Shown: in pieces, positions 48,170 through 56,676 of the stretch
Numbering within the stretch: position 1 is the stretch's first letter
Layout of the letters: each line of letters starts with the position of its first letter
Assembly: GCA_035528115.1 (NCBI GenBank)
Contig: DATKZF010000001.1
Location: 160,312-224,311, forward strand
Reading direction: 5' to 3'
DNA length: 64,000 nt
DNA from: Candidatus Bipolaricaulota bacterium
GTDB taxonomy: Bacteria; Patescibacteriota; Patescibacteriia; UBA11705; DATKZF01
Made by a program: the position numbers and the translations under genes
Notes under the pieces: model-generated
Databases searched by the model: none
Told to the model about the DNA's origin: nothing
The model's input: the letters and a program-made list of their open reading frames with translations, nothing else

Positions 48170-48342
48170 GTTACGAATTACATTCCTCTATTAAACTTTT
48201 AGGTTATCTGTTACGTATTACAATATTCTCAAGATTAAAGCTATAAGTAAATATAATTTGCAACAACAGATTGGAAGCCAAATGGAATCTTGTAATTCGT
48301 AACAACCGCTTGAAAGCTATCCAGCAGATTGTAATTCGTAAC
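48170..48342. repeat. MITE-like element family A (copy with a duplicated right end)
   Basis: GTTACGAATTACA at 48170-48182. TGTAATTCGTAAC at 48291-48303 and again at 48330-48342. Confidence 0.7.
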
Positions 48343-48422
48343 AATATTATTTCAAAACCGTCCCCGTCTCCATATACAGGTGGAAAAATTCAACTAAATT
48401 TAGCTAAAAAATAAAGCAATCC

Positions 48423-48451
48423 TTGACTTTTTATTGATTTTGTGATATAAT
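48423..48451 (+). promoter_or_regulatory. Sigma-70 promoter TTGACT-N17-TGaTATAAT (extended -10)
   Basis: TTGACT at 48423-48428 and TATAAT at 48446-48451, preceded by TG. AAGGAGG follows, and the ATG is at 48504. Confidence 0.6.
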
Positions 48452-48503
48452 GTTATTAGTTTTCTAAACAACGACAGGCCTGAATGGCCTAAGGAGGCAC
48501 GAG

Positions 48504-49268
48504 ATGAAGCAGTGGATGTGCGCCATGTTGGCGCTGGTTCTGGTCGGCTGTTGGCAGGCGCCGCAGCCGGAAAAAACGATGTACAACCCAAACCCCATGA
48601 GCCGGCTCGAAGCGGAATGCCCGCAAGGCACGTTCCTACTGGAGCTGAATTCCAGCACGTTCATGGCTCAATTCTGCTCGGACAGTTACTTTGTCCAGCA
48701 GGGTCCCTTCAAGGAGTGGGAGCATGGACGACTCTCACGAGAAGGGCAGGCGCTCGACGACAAAGCTGTCGGACAGCACACCTTCATGAACTACGACCGT
48801 GATGGCAACGTCGCCGAGATCCGCAAGAGCGACTACAACTCCAAGGGAGAGCAGGACGGCTTCGAGACCCGCTACTACGCGGACGGCCAGGTGGAGGTCA
48901 TTTGGCCGTTCACCCGAGGGATGGAAAACGGCATCACGGAGTGGTATTACCCCAGTGGAAGTTTGGGCGGATACTGCAACTACCTCGTCGGGCTCCAAGA
49001 TGGCGAGTGTGCCAGCTTTTTCCCCGACGGTCGTCTCTGGGAAGCTCTGGAGTACGACCACGGCAGATTGGTAGGAGCGTACCTGCCCGACTCGCCAGCC
49101 ACGTTCGTAGATGCTGGCGGGAATGGGTACGTCGAGTACCTCAACAATGAGGGGCTCGTGACCACCAGCGGCCGGTACGAAAACGGCCGTAAGGAGGGCT
49201 GCTGGCAGAACAGGCACAGGGAATCCGTCCTCTATATGGACGGGAAAATCCTCGGCTTTAACTGCTAG
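48504..49268 (+). CDS. Lipoprotein with MORN-like (YwqK-type) repeats
   Basis: MLALVLVGCW lipobox. Repeated YYxDGxxxxxxxxxxGxxxGxxxxYYPSG modules. GC about 62-67%, the highest in the window. Confidence 0.65.
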   Translation: MKQWMCAMLALVLVGCWQAPQPEKTMYNPNPMSRLEAECPQGTFLLELNSSTFMAQFCSDSYFVQQGPFKEWEHGRLSREGQALDDKAVGQHTFMNYDRDGNVAEIRKSDYNSKGEQDGFETRYYADGQVEVIWPFTRGMENGITEWYYPSGSLGGYCNYLVGLQDGECASFFPDGRLWEALEYDHGRLVGAYLPDSPATFVDAGGNGYVEYLNNEGLVTTSGRYENGRKEGCWQNRHRESVLYMDGKILGFNC

Positions 49269-49290
49269 TTTGTTTCTCCTTTTCAACCAG

Positions 49291-49328
49291 ACCGCCAAGG
49301 GCACCTCCTTTGGCGGTCGATTTTTTTT
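49291..49328 (+). terminator. Rho-independent terminator
   Basis: ACCGCCAAGGGCACCTCCTTTGGCGGTC hairpin followed by a T8 run. Confidence 0.7.
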
Positions 49329-49388
49329 AAATTTTGCAAAATGATTGACGCGCTAAAACAATGGAGCAATGAGACAATGGAACAATCG

Positions 49389-50012
49389 TCACTTCAGCAC
49401 CGTCCCCGTCTCCAAATACCATAAATACAAATCCAGCTCTGCCAGATTCAAGCCGGCTCGCTCCCCCACTTTTCTCAAAACCTTTTCCATTTGAAGATAA
49501 TTTTTTTCGTTTAATGTTTTCGGCCGCTTGATCAACTTTTCTTTTTCCAAAATATCAATGATGTGAAAATCGATAATGGCTGAATCTTTATAGCCGATAT
49601 TTCGCAAAAAATGACTGGCCTCTTTCCAGCCTAAGCCTTTGATGTTTTCCACCAGCCAATCCCGCAATTCCGATTCACTTAATTTTTTCATCAACTTTTC
49701 CAATTCATTTTTGCGCTTTTGCGCCAAAGCAATGTAATTCGCCCGTTTGGTATGAAATCTAGCGCCGCATCGTTGTAAAACTTTTTGCAATTTGTTCTCG
49801 GACAAATTCAAAAATCCGTCGCCTACTTTGGCCTGAACTTCAAGGCATCTTTGCGCGGTGGAATTGGCGGTCAGCAGGCAAAAGCACAGCTCTTTGAAAA
49901 TTTCATCGCTTGATCCTTTGCCCGCTTTTTTAAATTCCAAAATCCTTCGGTCAATCACTTTTTTAACCGGGGATTTTTTTAATTCGGCTATTTGTTTCAA
50001 TGTTTTTATCAC
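49389..50012 (-). CDS. 8-oxoguanine DNA glycosylase/AP lyase (Ogg2-like HhH-GPD enzyme)
   Basis: 207 aa with an HhH-GPD-like core (LRNIGYKDSAIIDFHIIDIL). Assigned by family resemblance only. Confidence 0.55.
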   Translation of the reverse strand: MIKTLKQIAELKKSPVKKVIDRRILEFKKAGKGSSDEIFKELCFCLLTANSTAQRCLEVQAKVGDGFLNLSENKLQKVLQRCGARFHTKRANYIALAQKRKNELEKLMKKLSESELRDWLVENIKGLGWKEASHFLRNIGYKDSAIIDFHIIDILEKEKLIKRPKTLNEKNYLQMEKVLRKVGERAGLNLAELDLYLWYLETGTVLK

Positions 50013-50602
50013 ATTGTCCGTTCACTGTTTAATCGCTTAAAAGTTATTCTTTTCAATGTCTCTCTGCATTTTTTGTAATCCGGCGAAGCCACGGCCACCA
50101 AATTCCAAAAATTTCGCGAATGATTCATTTCTTTCAAATGACACAACTCATGCGCGACAATGTATTCGGCCAATTCGTCCGGCAGAAATAAAATTCGGTA
50201 ATTAAAACACAAATTGCCGTCGGACGAACAGCTCCCCCACCTTGACTTCGCGTTTTTAACGCTGACTTGTTTGTATTTGAAATTGTAAACGTCATTGACC
50301 GCCAAAAGTTTTTTATCAATTATTTTCTTCGCTCTGAATTTGCAGGCGTCAAAATTTGTCTGGCCGAATTCGCTCATTTCCGCTGGGATCGCGTTTCTTT
50401 CAATCAAACTGATTTTTTCCGCCACAAAAGACGAATTTTTTTCTACGAAATCAAAAATGGCTTTTTCGCTCAAACGAGTCGGAGCCACCACCGTAACCTC
50501 GGCCTCTTGCGATATTATAATTTTCAACCGTCTGGACAAACGGTTTCGTTTCAATTTGAAAAATATTTTTCGGTCGGCGATATTTAAATAAGGCATAATC
50601 AA
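50009..50602 (-). CDS. YgjP/DUF45-family metal-dependent hydrolase (WLM-like, HExxH)
   Basis: IVAHELCHLKEMNHSRNFW. Confidence 0.75.
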   Translation of the reverse strand: MIMPYLNIADRKIFFKLKRNRLSRRLKIIISQEAEVTVVAPTRLSEKAIFDFVEKNSSFVAEKISLIERNAIPAEMSEFGQTNFDACKFRAKKIIDKKLLAVNDVYNFKYKQVSVKNAKSRWGSCSSDGNLCFNYRILFLPDELAEYIVAHELCHLKEMNHSRNFWNLVAVASPDYKKCRETLKRITFKRLNSERTM

Positions 50603-50677
50603 TCATATTTTAACATCCTGACGCGTCCGCATCAAATTTAAAAGCCGCCAGAAGTGATCCGCGGCTCGAAAAATGGG

Positions 50678-50992
50678 TTACAAACAGGACAAACAGTCCT
50701 CCCCGAAAAACACGCAGTCCTCAACGCAACGTCTCAAGTCAACCAAATCTTCTTGGGACTGGAGACGAAGTTCCCTTTCGTCGGCCAAGCGTACTTCCAG
50801 ATCTTCGATGTCCCGAAGAAGCAATTGAGGGGAATCGCGCCTTGACGGCAAATGATCAGCCGCCTTCATCTGGTTCTCGCAGTGGCGGCACAGAATCCAC
50901 CCGGACAAAATCACGACCGCCAACAGCGCTTTATCGGACCGCCACCATGGTTTTCCCTTGACCACGATCTGACGATTTTGCGTCATCTGCAT
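50678..50992 (-). CDS. Small Cys-containing membrane protein. The listed ORF extends to 51052.
   Basis: One TM helix (ALLAVVILSGWIL). CRHC and C-terminal CVEDCVFFGEDCLSC motifs. GC-richer than its flanks. Confidence 0.45.
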   Translation of the reverse strand: MQMTQNRQIVVKGKPWWRSDKALLAVVILSGWILCRHCENQMKAADHLPSRRDSPQLLLRDIEDLEVRLADERELRLQSQEDLVDLRRCVEDCVFFGEDCLSCL

Positions 50993-51062
50993 TCCTCCAG
51001 AGGCATAATTGCCGACAATTGTATATATTACCAGATTTATTTTCTTTGTCAATACGAAAATT

Positions 51063-51515
51063 TTATTCTCGCGGCGTTTCCTTCCCGTAGAATTTCATCA
51101 GCGCTTCGCGCCATTCTTTCGAAGAAATAAAATCATCCAACAATTTATATTGAATTTCCAGTTCCCTTCGGCGATGCTTTTCCAGCGCTTCATGCAGATG
51201 GCGGCCGTTGACTTTGCTATTTTCAACATCATCATTTAAAAAATTCTCTTTTATCATGTCCATCAATTTTATTATATTCCCGTGATCTCGATGAGCCACG
51301 GTTGTCGGGCCCGTTTCATTTTCGAAACCGAAATGCTCGTCAAAGCGTGGAAATAAAAAGTTATCTTCAAGCGAAATATGCATTGAGATGTATTTTTGAA
51401 ATCGCTTAAATAAAACGGACGCATTGTCATTCTCAACATCTTCTTTCAAAAATTCCAACCACAATTTATCGAGAAATTCATGATCAGCGTCCATGAAATC
51501 GCCGATTAGTCCCAT
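51063..51515 (-). CDS. Hemerythrin-like (HHE cation-binding) protein
   Basis: His and Glu spacing (HEFLD...H..E...H..H...E) consistent with a hemerythrin-domain four-helix bundle. Confidence 0.5.
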   Translation of the reverse strand: MGLIGDFMDADHEFLDKLWLEFLKEDVENDNASVLFKRFQKYISMHISLEDNFLFPRFDEHFGFENETGPTTVAHRDHGNIIKLMDMIKENFLNDDVENSKVNGRHLHEALEKHRRRELEIQYKLLDDFISSKEWREALMKFYGKETPRE

Positions 51516-51595
51516 ACATTTCTTTTTTTATAACTTTATTCAACCATATCATTTTCAGGCGACAAAATCAATTTAAAAAGCCAAGCATTTGATGC

Positions 51596-53068
51596 TCAGC
51601 TCGCGGATGTTTCCTCGTCCTTTTTTCTTTTCAACCTGGCCGGAAGTTCTTTCAACCATCTGAAGAATTTGCGTTCCTCTTTCTGTCTGCGGAATTTGCG
51701 CAGACTCAGATGTCCGTAAATGGTGAGAAAGAAATTGCGCAAGCGCTGACTTTTCCTGCCGTATGGCGGCAAGAGGCTCAACAGCGCCCGCTTGATCACC
51801 CTGCCCCATGAATAGAACCGAGGCATGGCTTGGAGCATAACCGCTTTTTGCAGCTGCCAGGCGGGGATCTTAGCCGGTTCGAACACGACGTGATGAGAAT
51901 CGTAGTAACGCCACGATCTGGAGAGCAGTCTGCCTGCCTCTTCGAGCTTTTGGTACGTTTCAGCGCCGGGCAATGGCGTCAAGATCGAAAACATCACAGT
52001 GTCGATCCTCATGTTAATGGCGAATCTGACCGTGTCCTTGATCGTCTTCAGGTCGTCATGATCTCCGCCGAGAATAAACATGCCGTGCACGGCAATGCCA
52101 TGCTTGTGGAACACTTTGATCGAATTTCTGATTTCCTCGACGGTTTGGTCTTTTTTCCACTCTTTCAGAGTTTCCGGATTGACGGATTCAATGCCGACAT
52201 AGACCTGATTGCAGCCCGCGTCGCGCATCAAAGCCATCAGCTCAATATCCTTGGCGGAATTTACGGTCACCTGAGCGAACCAGTTGAAGCCGGCGCCCGT
52301 TCGTTTTCTCATCTCGATCAGCGACCGAAGCAGTTCCTTGGTGCGCTTCGGTTTGCCGACAAAATTGTCATCATAGAAAAATATCGAACGTCCGGGCAGC
52401 AGAGTGATAAGTCTTTCCACTTCGGCCACCACCGACTCGACGCTCGCGCAACGCAGCTTGCGGCCGAACATGGGAGTGACTGAGCAAAACTCGCACCGTT
52501 TGTGACAGCCGCGAGATGTCTGAATGGGAATGAAGCGCAGGCGATCCAAACCTTCGATGAGATCAAGCGCCGGGAAAGGGATGTGGTCGAATATATCTTG
52601 GTCTCGCTCGCGATTCGGATTATCGATGCGCTTGCCCGCGACTTTGTATGAAATACCGCTGATCTCGTCCAAGGCGCGCCGATTTTCCAGCCATTCGATG
52701 ATCTCGACGATGACAATTTCGCCTTCGCCGCGAACCACGATATCCACCCCGTTCTCCAACGCCTCGTGCGGCAGGAACGTCACATGCGGTCCACCCATGA
52801 TCACGGGTTTGTTAGGATTTTCGTCCTTGATTTTCCGAGCGATTTCGTACGCCCGCTCGGCCGTGCAAGTAATGGTGGAGATCCCCACCAAATCGCAAGC
52901 GTCCACGTACGACCAGTTGATCCTAGCCAGATCTTCACAGAAGACTTTGACCGTGTGTCCCATGTCTCGCAAAATGGCCGCCAAGATCGGCAGGCCGAGT
53001 CTCGGCAAAACGAACTTCTTGAACACGTTAAGTCCGGGCGAACGAGGCTCGATCAGCGCTATTTGCAT
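51596..53068 (-). CDS. B12-binding-domain radical SAM enzyme
   Basis: N-terminal cobalamin-binding Rossmann fold, then CHKRCEFCSV (CxxxCxxC). Length 490 aa. Confidence 0.85.
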   Translation of the reverse strand: MQIALIEPRSPGLNVFKKFVLPRLGLPILAAILRDMGHTVKVFCEDLARINWSYVDACDLVGISTITCTAERAYEIARKIKDENPNKPVIMGGPHVTFLPHEALENGVDIVVRGEGEIVIVEIIEWLENRRALDEISGISYKVAGKRIDNPNRERDQDIFDHIPFPALDLIEGLDRLRFIPIQTSRGCHKRCEFCSVTPMFGRKLRCASVESVVAEVERLITLLPGRSIFFYDDNFVGKPKRTKELLRSLIEMRKRTGAGFNWFAQVTVNSAKDIELMALMRDAGCNQVYVGIESVNPETLKEWKKDQTVEEIRNSIKVFHKHGIAVHGMFILGGDHDDLKTIKDTVRFAINMRIDTVMFSILTPLPGAETYQKLEEAGRLLSRSWRYYDSHHVVFEPAKIPAWQLQKAVMLQAMPRFYSWGRVIKRALLSLLPPYGRKSQRLRNFFLTIYGHLSLRKFRRQKEERKFFRWLKELPARLKRKKDEETSAS

Positions 53069-53177
53069 GATATCTTTCCCTTCCTTTGTTTTTTTTGAAA
53101 GAACCGTATAAATTTTAGCATATTTAAAACATCAGGGGAACAAAAAACCGCCCAGGTGGTCGGTAATCATATGTAAA

Positions 53178-53190
53178 TGTAATTCGTAAC
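53178..53190. repeat. Solo family-A terminal 13-mer TGTAATTCGTAAC
   Basis: Exact 13-mer in the spacer between the radical SAM gene and the DUF333 gene. Confidence 0.5.
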
Positions 53191-53732
53191 TATTTGCAGT
53201 CTATGGAACAACTCTTTGACGTTTCCGCGCAAGCGCAATCCAAACTCTCGCAAACGACTTCCTGGCACTCCCCGTCGCCGCAGGTATCTTTGCAAAAATT
53301 ATCTCCGGGCGCGCATTCGCCCCTGAAATATTCCCATTCCGAGCACTCTGAATTGTCATCAAACAAACAAAAACCGGCCTGACCGTTGGCCAAAGTTCTG
53401 ATTTCCAATTTGCCGCCATTGTCTTCGCAATAAACCGACGCCGGATTGGCCAGCCCCGCGTTGTTCCCCACTGCGTTCAAATTATTGTCATCTTCATTTA
53501 TTTCTTCGACAAAAAGTCTGCCGTCTTCCGTTCTACATTGACGAGGATAGCTTTCCATAATCGCGTAGCCCGCGTCAGCGCATTCGTCAAAATCGGATAT
53601 TTTGCCCTCGATTTTCATTTTTTCGAATAAATCAAGGTCGTTATCGGCGATGTAGGACCACAAGTAATAAACCAGAAATCCTCCGCCCGCGACAATGACG
53701 ACGCTGGCGATGATCAGAATTATTTTTTTCAT
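53190..53732 (-). CDS. DUF333-like secreted Cys-rich protein
   Basis: Signal/anchor helix. NPASVYCEDNGGKLE...GFCLFDDNSECSEWEYFRGEC core, plus a Cys-rich tail. Confidence 0.55.
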   Translation of the reverse strand: MKKIILIIASVVIVAGGGFLVYYLWSYIADNDLDLFEKMKIEGKISDFDECADAGYAIMESYPRQCRTEDGRLFVEEINEDDNNLNAVGNNAGLANPASVYCEDNGGKLEIRTLANGQAGFCLFDDNSECSEWEYFRGECAPGDNFCKDTCGDGECQEVVCESLDCACAETSKSCSIDCK

Positions 53733-53733
53733 A

Positions 53734-54450
53734 TCAGCTTATTTTAAATGTCGCCAAAATTTCTTTCAATGTTTCAGGTTTATCCGTTTCGTTTTCATAA
53801 ACGCACGCGTCGTAATCTTTATCGCCCTCGGTTCCATAAACGCCGCAATTTGGGTATTTGACACTAAAATTCGCGATCAAAAATTGTCCGACATTTTCCG
53901 TCGCGTAATAATAATCGACATAAGTCGAGCCGGCCGCGCCTTCAATGTGCCGATAAACGCAGAAAGGCTTTTTGGCAATGGTGATTTTCTCGCCGAGCGC
54001 GTTATCCCAATAATAAGAGGTGGGAACTCCCGGAGCCATCGATTTTTCAATGGCATAGCCCGTGGCCTTTTCAACGGCTTGATCGATGTTCGGGCATTTA
54101 TTGGGAAAATCCTGATCTTTGGCCGCAATACTGACGACTTTGGGATCTTGATAAAAAAACTCGTCCGGATATTTGAATTCCACTCCATTATCATCGAAAG
54201 CCGTCCAATCCGCGGTAAGGTCAACCGCCTCGGGCGCTTTTTCAACCGTCGCCGGAGCTTCTTTGTCGCCCGCGTTGATATTGGCCAATTTATCCTCGAT
54301 TTGTTTTTGAGACGCGGTCACTTCGTTTTTCAATTCGGCCAGCTTGTTGTTTTGCCAATACAAAAAGAGGCAGACCAAAAAAATGGTACTGATCAGCGCG
54401 GCCGCGACCGCAAAGCCGCCGAATGAGGGTTTGGGTGTTTGTTTTTCCAT
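53734..54450 (-). CDS. Anchored secreted protein, paralog family member A
   Basis: A TM helix and LAELKNEVTASQKQIEDKL coiled coil, then a distinct Cys-containing globular domain. Confidence 0.55.
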   Translation of the reverse strand: MEKQTPKPSFGGFAVAAALISTIFLVCLFLYWQNNKLAELKNEVTASQKQIEDKLANINAGDKEAPATVEKAPEAVDLTADWTAFDDNGVEFKYPDEFFYQDPKVVSIAAKDQDFPNKCPNIDQAVEKATGYAIEKSMAPGVPTSYYWDNALGEKITIAKKPFCVYRHIEGAAGSTYVDYYYATENVGQFLIANFSVKYPNCGVYGTEGDKDYDACVYENETDKPETLKEILATFKIS

Positions 54451-54464
54451 ATAATTACAAATAT

Positions 54465-55154
54465 TTATTTTATTTCGATCACTTTAACTAACTCAGCTGT
54501 ATTGTATACCTCTGTTTGTCGCAAATTTATCATGTAATTATCAATCTCGATAGTCGCCTCGCCTCTGCTGCCCGCTGGTCCGAAAAGCTTTTTGGCCAGC
54601 TCTTGATTTGTAAAACAAAACCAAATATTTCTATCGTCATTCGCGAATTTTGGAAATTTACCAATATCTGTTTGTTTAATATTATCAAAGCAAACATTTC
54701 CATCACGTCCGCCTAACATATCCTCTCCCGGCTTATAATATGTATAGTTGCCAGTCACGGTGATTTTACCTCTGAAAAAAAATTCGCTTTTATCCAAATC
54801 AGCCGTATAAAAAGTCATATCGCCCTTGTTGCTTAAATTCAATCCGTCAGCCCTTCCTGTTTCGATTTTCGACGCGTCTTTTATCTCATTCTCTTCTTCC
54901 TCGGCAAATTCTTCTTCTTTAATTACTTCTCCGATTACTGCCTCCTCCGTCGCCAGCGGCGTCATCTTCTCAATTTTTTCGCTTAATGTAATTTGATTCT
55001 CCGCCAGTTTCTGAATCGGATTAACCACTGCGGTGTAATACCACAAATACGCTCCGCCCACGCACAAAATCGCGGCCACGATGATCGCCGTGATTATCAT
55101 GATGTAGCACGGCAGCATGGATTTTTTTGTTTGTTTTTTTGTTTTTCTCGGCAT
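54465..55154 (-). CDS. Anchored secreted protein, paralog family member B
   Basis: The N-terminus YLWYYTAVVNPIQKLAENQITLSEKIEKMT closely matches member C. The C-terminal domain is different. Confidence 0.55.
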   Translation of the reverse strand: MPRKTKKQTKKSMLPCYIMIITAIIVAAILCVGGAYLWYYTAVVNPIQKLAENQITLSEKIEKMTPLATEEAVIGEVIKEEEFAEEEENEIKDASKIETGRADGLNLSNKGDMTFYTADLDKSEFFFRGKITVTGNYTYYKPGEDMLGGRDGNVCFDNIKQTDIGKFPKFANDDRNIWFCFTNQELAKKLFGPAGSRGEATIEIDNYMINLRQTEVYNTAELVKVIEIK

Positions 55155-55286
55155 AACTGTTTAATTTTTATTGTTTATGAATAAATTATAACATAAACCC
55201 TCATATTTGTAATAAATTTATGTGCATAAAAATCATTTAAAATTAAAAACCGGCAACAAATAATTCGCGCCGGTTTCAAGCTCTTA

Positions 55287-55964
55287 TTAGTCAATGAATT
55301 TAATGGTTTCAACCATCTGATTAAACAAATTCTTATATGAATCCCATTTGCTCGCATCCACCTGGTATAAAAACATATAGACGTGACCGTCTTTCGTAAA
55401 CTTTAAACTATATGCCTCAAGTTTATTTCCGTCATAAGTGCCGCTGAATAAATTCCTCTTGGCGCTTACGCCGTCAACTGTGATATCCGCCTCGCTCTGT
55501 ATTTCCGATAAATACTCAAATCCAATTCCCGGGTTATCGACTAAAACAATGAGAGAAAGATTTTTTGAAAAAGGATTTACCGCCGGCACTGAGCTATCTT
55601 CCAGCTGAAGCCATAAACCGCCTTCCGTGGAATAAGAATTCTTGGTCATTTTCCAATTTTTCGGATATTGAAATGAGAACCCCAAATTAGCGTCAATATA
55701 GGCATTATTTTTTATTTCCGGCACGACCTCCGCTTGTTCCTCGGCGACGACCGCTTGAGAGGCTTCATAAGTCAATTTGTCGAGCTTATCGCTCAAGATT
55801 TTTTGATTTTCCGCTAATTGCTGAATCGGGGCTTGCAGAGAATACCACATGTAGATTCCTCCGGCGATTAAAAGGACTACCACTAAAACTCCCACCACAA
55901 GCATCGAGTATGAAATCTTTGATGGCGTTGCGGGAGGTGTTTCAATAGAATTTTGATTTAACAT
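55287..55964 (-). CDS. Anchored secreted protein, paralog family member C
   Basis: The N-terminus YMWYSLQAPIQQLAENQKILSDKLDKLT is also similar at DNA level to member B. The C-terminal domain is different. Confidence 0.55.
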   Translation of the reverse strand: MLNQNSIETPPATPSKISYSMLVVGVLVVVLLIAGGIYMWYSLQAPIQQLAENQKILSDKLDKLTYEASQAVVAEEQAEVVPEIKNNAYIDANLGFSFQYPKNWKMTKNSYSTEGGLWLQLEDSSVPAVNPFSKNLSLIVLVDNPGIGFEYLSEIQSEADITVDGVSAKRNLFSGTYDGNKLEAYSLKFTKDGHVYMFLYQVDASKWDSYKNLFNQMVETIKFID

Positions 55965-56013
55965 AAATTACTAATGTTACGGCTATTAAGCTAGCCTTTG
56001 TTTTTATTTAAAA

Positions 56014-56116
56014 ATTACGAATGGTTACGAATTACAATCATCCCGTTGGCTTTTAGGTTATTTGTTACTAATTACAATCTTCTTAGGCATAAAGCTATAA
56101 GTTAATGTACTTCATA
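56014..56116. repeat. MITE-like element family A (partly degenerate), followed by a fragment of family-B repeat
   Basis: GTTACGAATTACA at 56014-56026 and the internal ttaggttatttgttac segment. The right end is degenerate. The 56120-56160 stretch catgctccatgatacatgatacgtgacacatg matches the 3-prime end of the 483-660 element. Confidence 0.55.
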
Positions 56117-56164
56117 ACAATGCTTCATGCTCCATGATACATGATACGTGACACATGAATTATA

Positions 56165-56198
56165 CCACAAAACATAAAAGGCCGGGAAATTCCGGCCC
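56165..56198 (-). terminator. Rho-independent terminator closing the mraZ-rsmH-ftsL unit
   Basis: Perfect GGCCGGGAAATTCCGGCC hairpin, followed on the minus strand by a U-rich tract. Confidence 0.6.
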
Positions 56199-56211
56199 AA
56201 TGAAATTTGAT

Positions 56212-56577
56212 TTAGCGTTTGGCCACGCCCGTGCCCGTATCCACGATATAAGCGAAATCGGTAATCGGCACCATGTCCAGATTTTGGACTTTCTCGCTCA
56301 ATTCCGCCATTGATCTCAATCTGACCGCGTCCAGACTCAATTTTTTGTTTTCTTCATCGTACTTGGCGACTTTGCTTTCAAGCTCTTGAATTTGGAATCC
56401 TTTGGTCGCCAGACTGTTTATTTGCAGCAGGTACAAAAAGACCGAGCCGGCTAATATTATTATAACCAAAACCTTGACCAACAATGATGATTTATTGTTA
56501 AAATTAAAACGCGTTTTTTTGATTTCCGGACGTTTTGACGCAGTCGCGGATTTTCGAAATTTATAAAATGGGGACAT
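56212..56577 (-). CDS. ftsL: FtsL-like bitopic cell-division protein
   Basis: 121 aa with a basic N-terminus, one TM helix, then a coiled coil. It sits directly after rsmH, as in dcw clusters. Confidence 0.55.
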   Translation of the reverse strand: MSPFYKFRKSATASKRPEIKKTRFNFNNKSSLLVKVLVIIILAGSVFLYLLQINSLATKGFQIQELESKVAKYDEENKKLSLDAVRLRSMAELSEKVQNLDMVPITDFAYIVDTGTGVAKR

Positions 56578-56676
56578 AAGTTTTGCATGCTTGCCCTCCG
56601 TAGCCCTGCCTACCGGCAGGTTTAGCGAAGGAGGGAATCATGGATCAATTTTATTTTTTATTTTTGTTTTTGAACT

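Noticed and set aside
51573-51809. 78-aa minus-strand ORF at the 3-prime end of the radical SAM gene
   Set aside because: It overlaps the end of the 490-aa radical SAM ORF in another frame, and the longer gene carries the conserved motifs.
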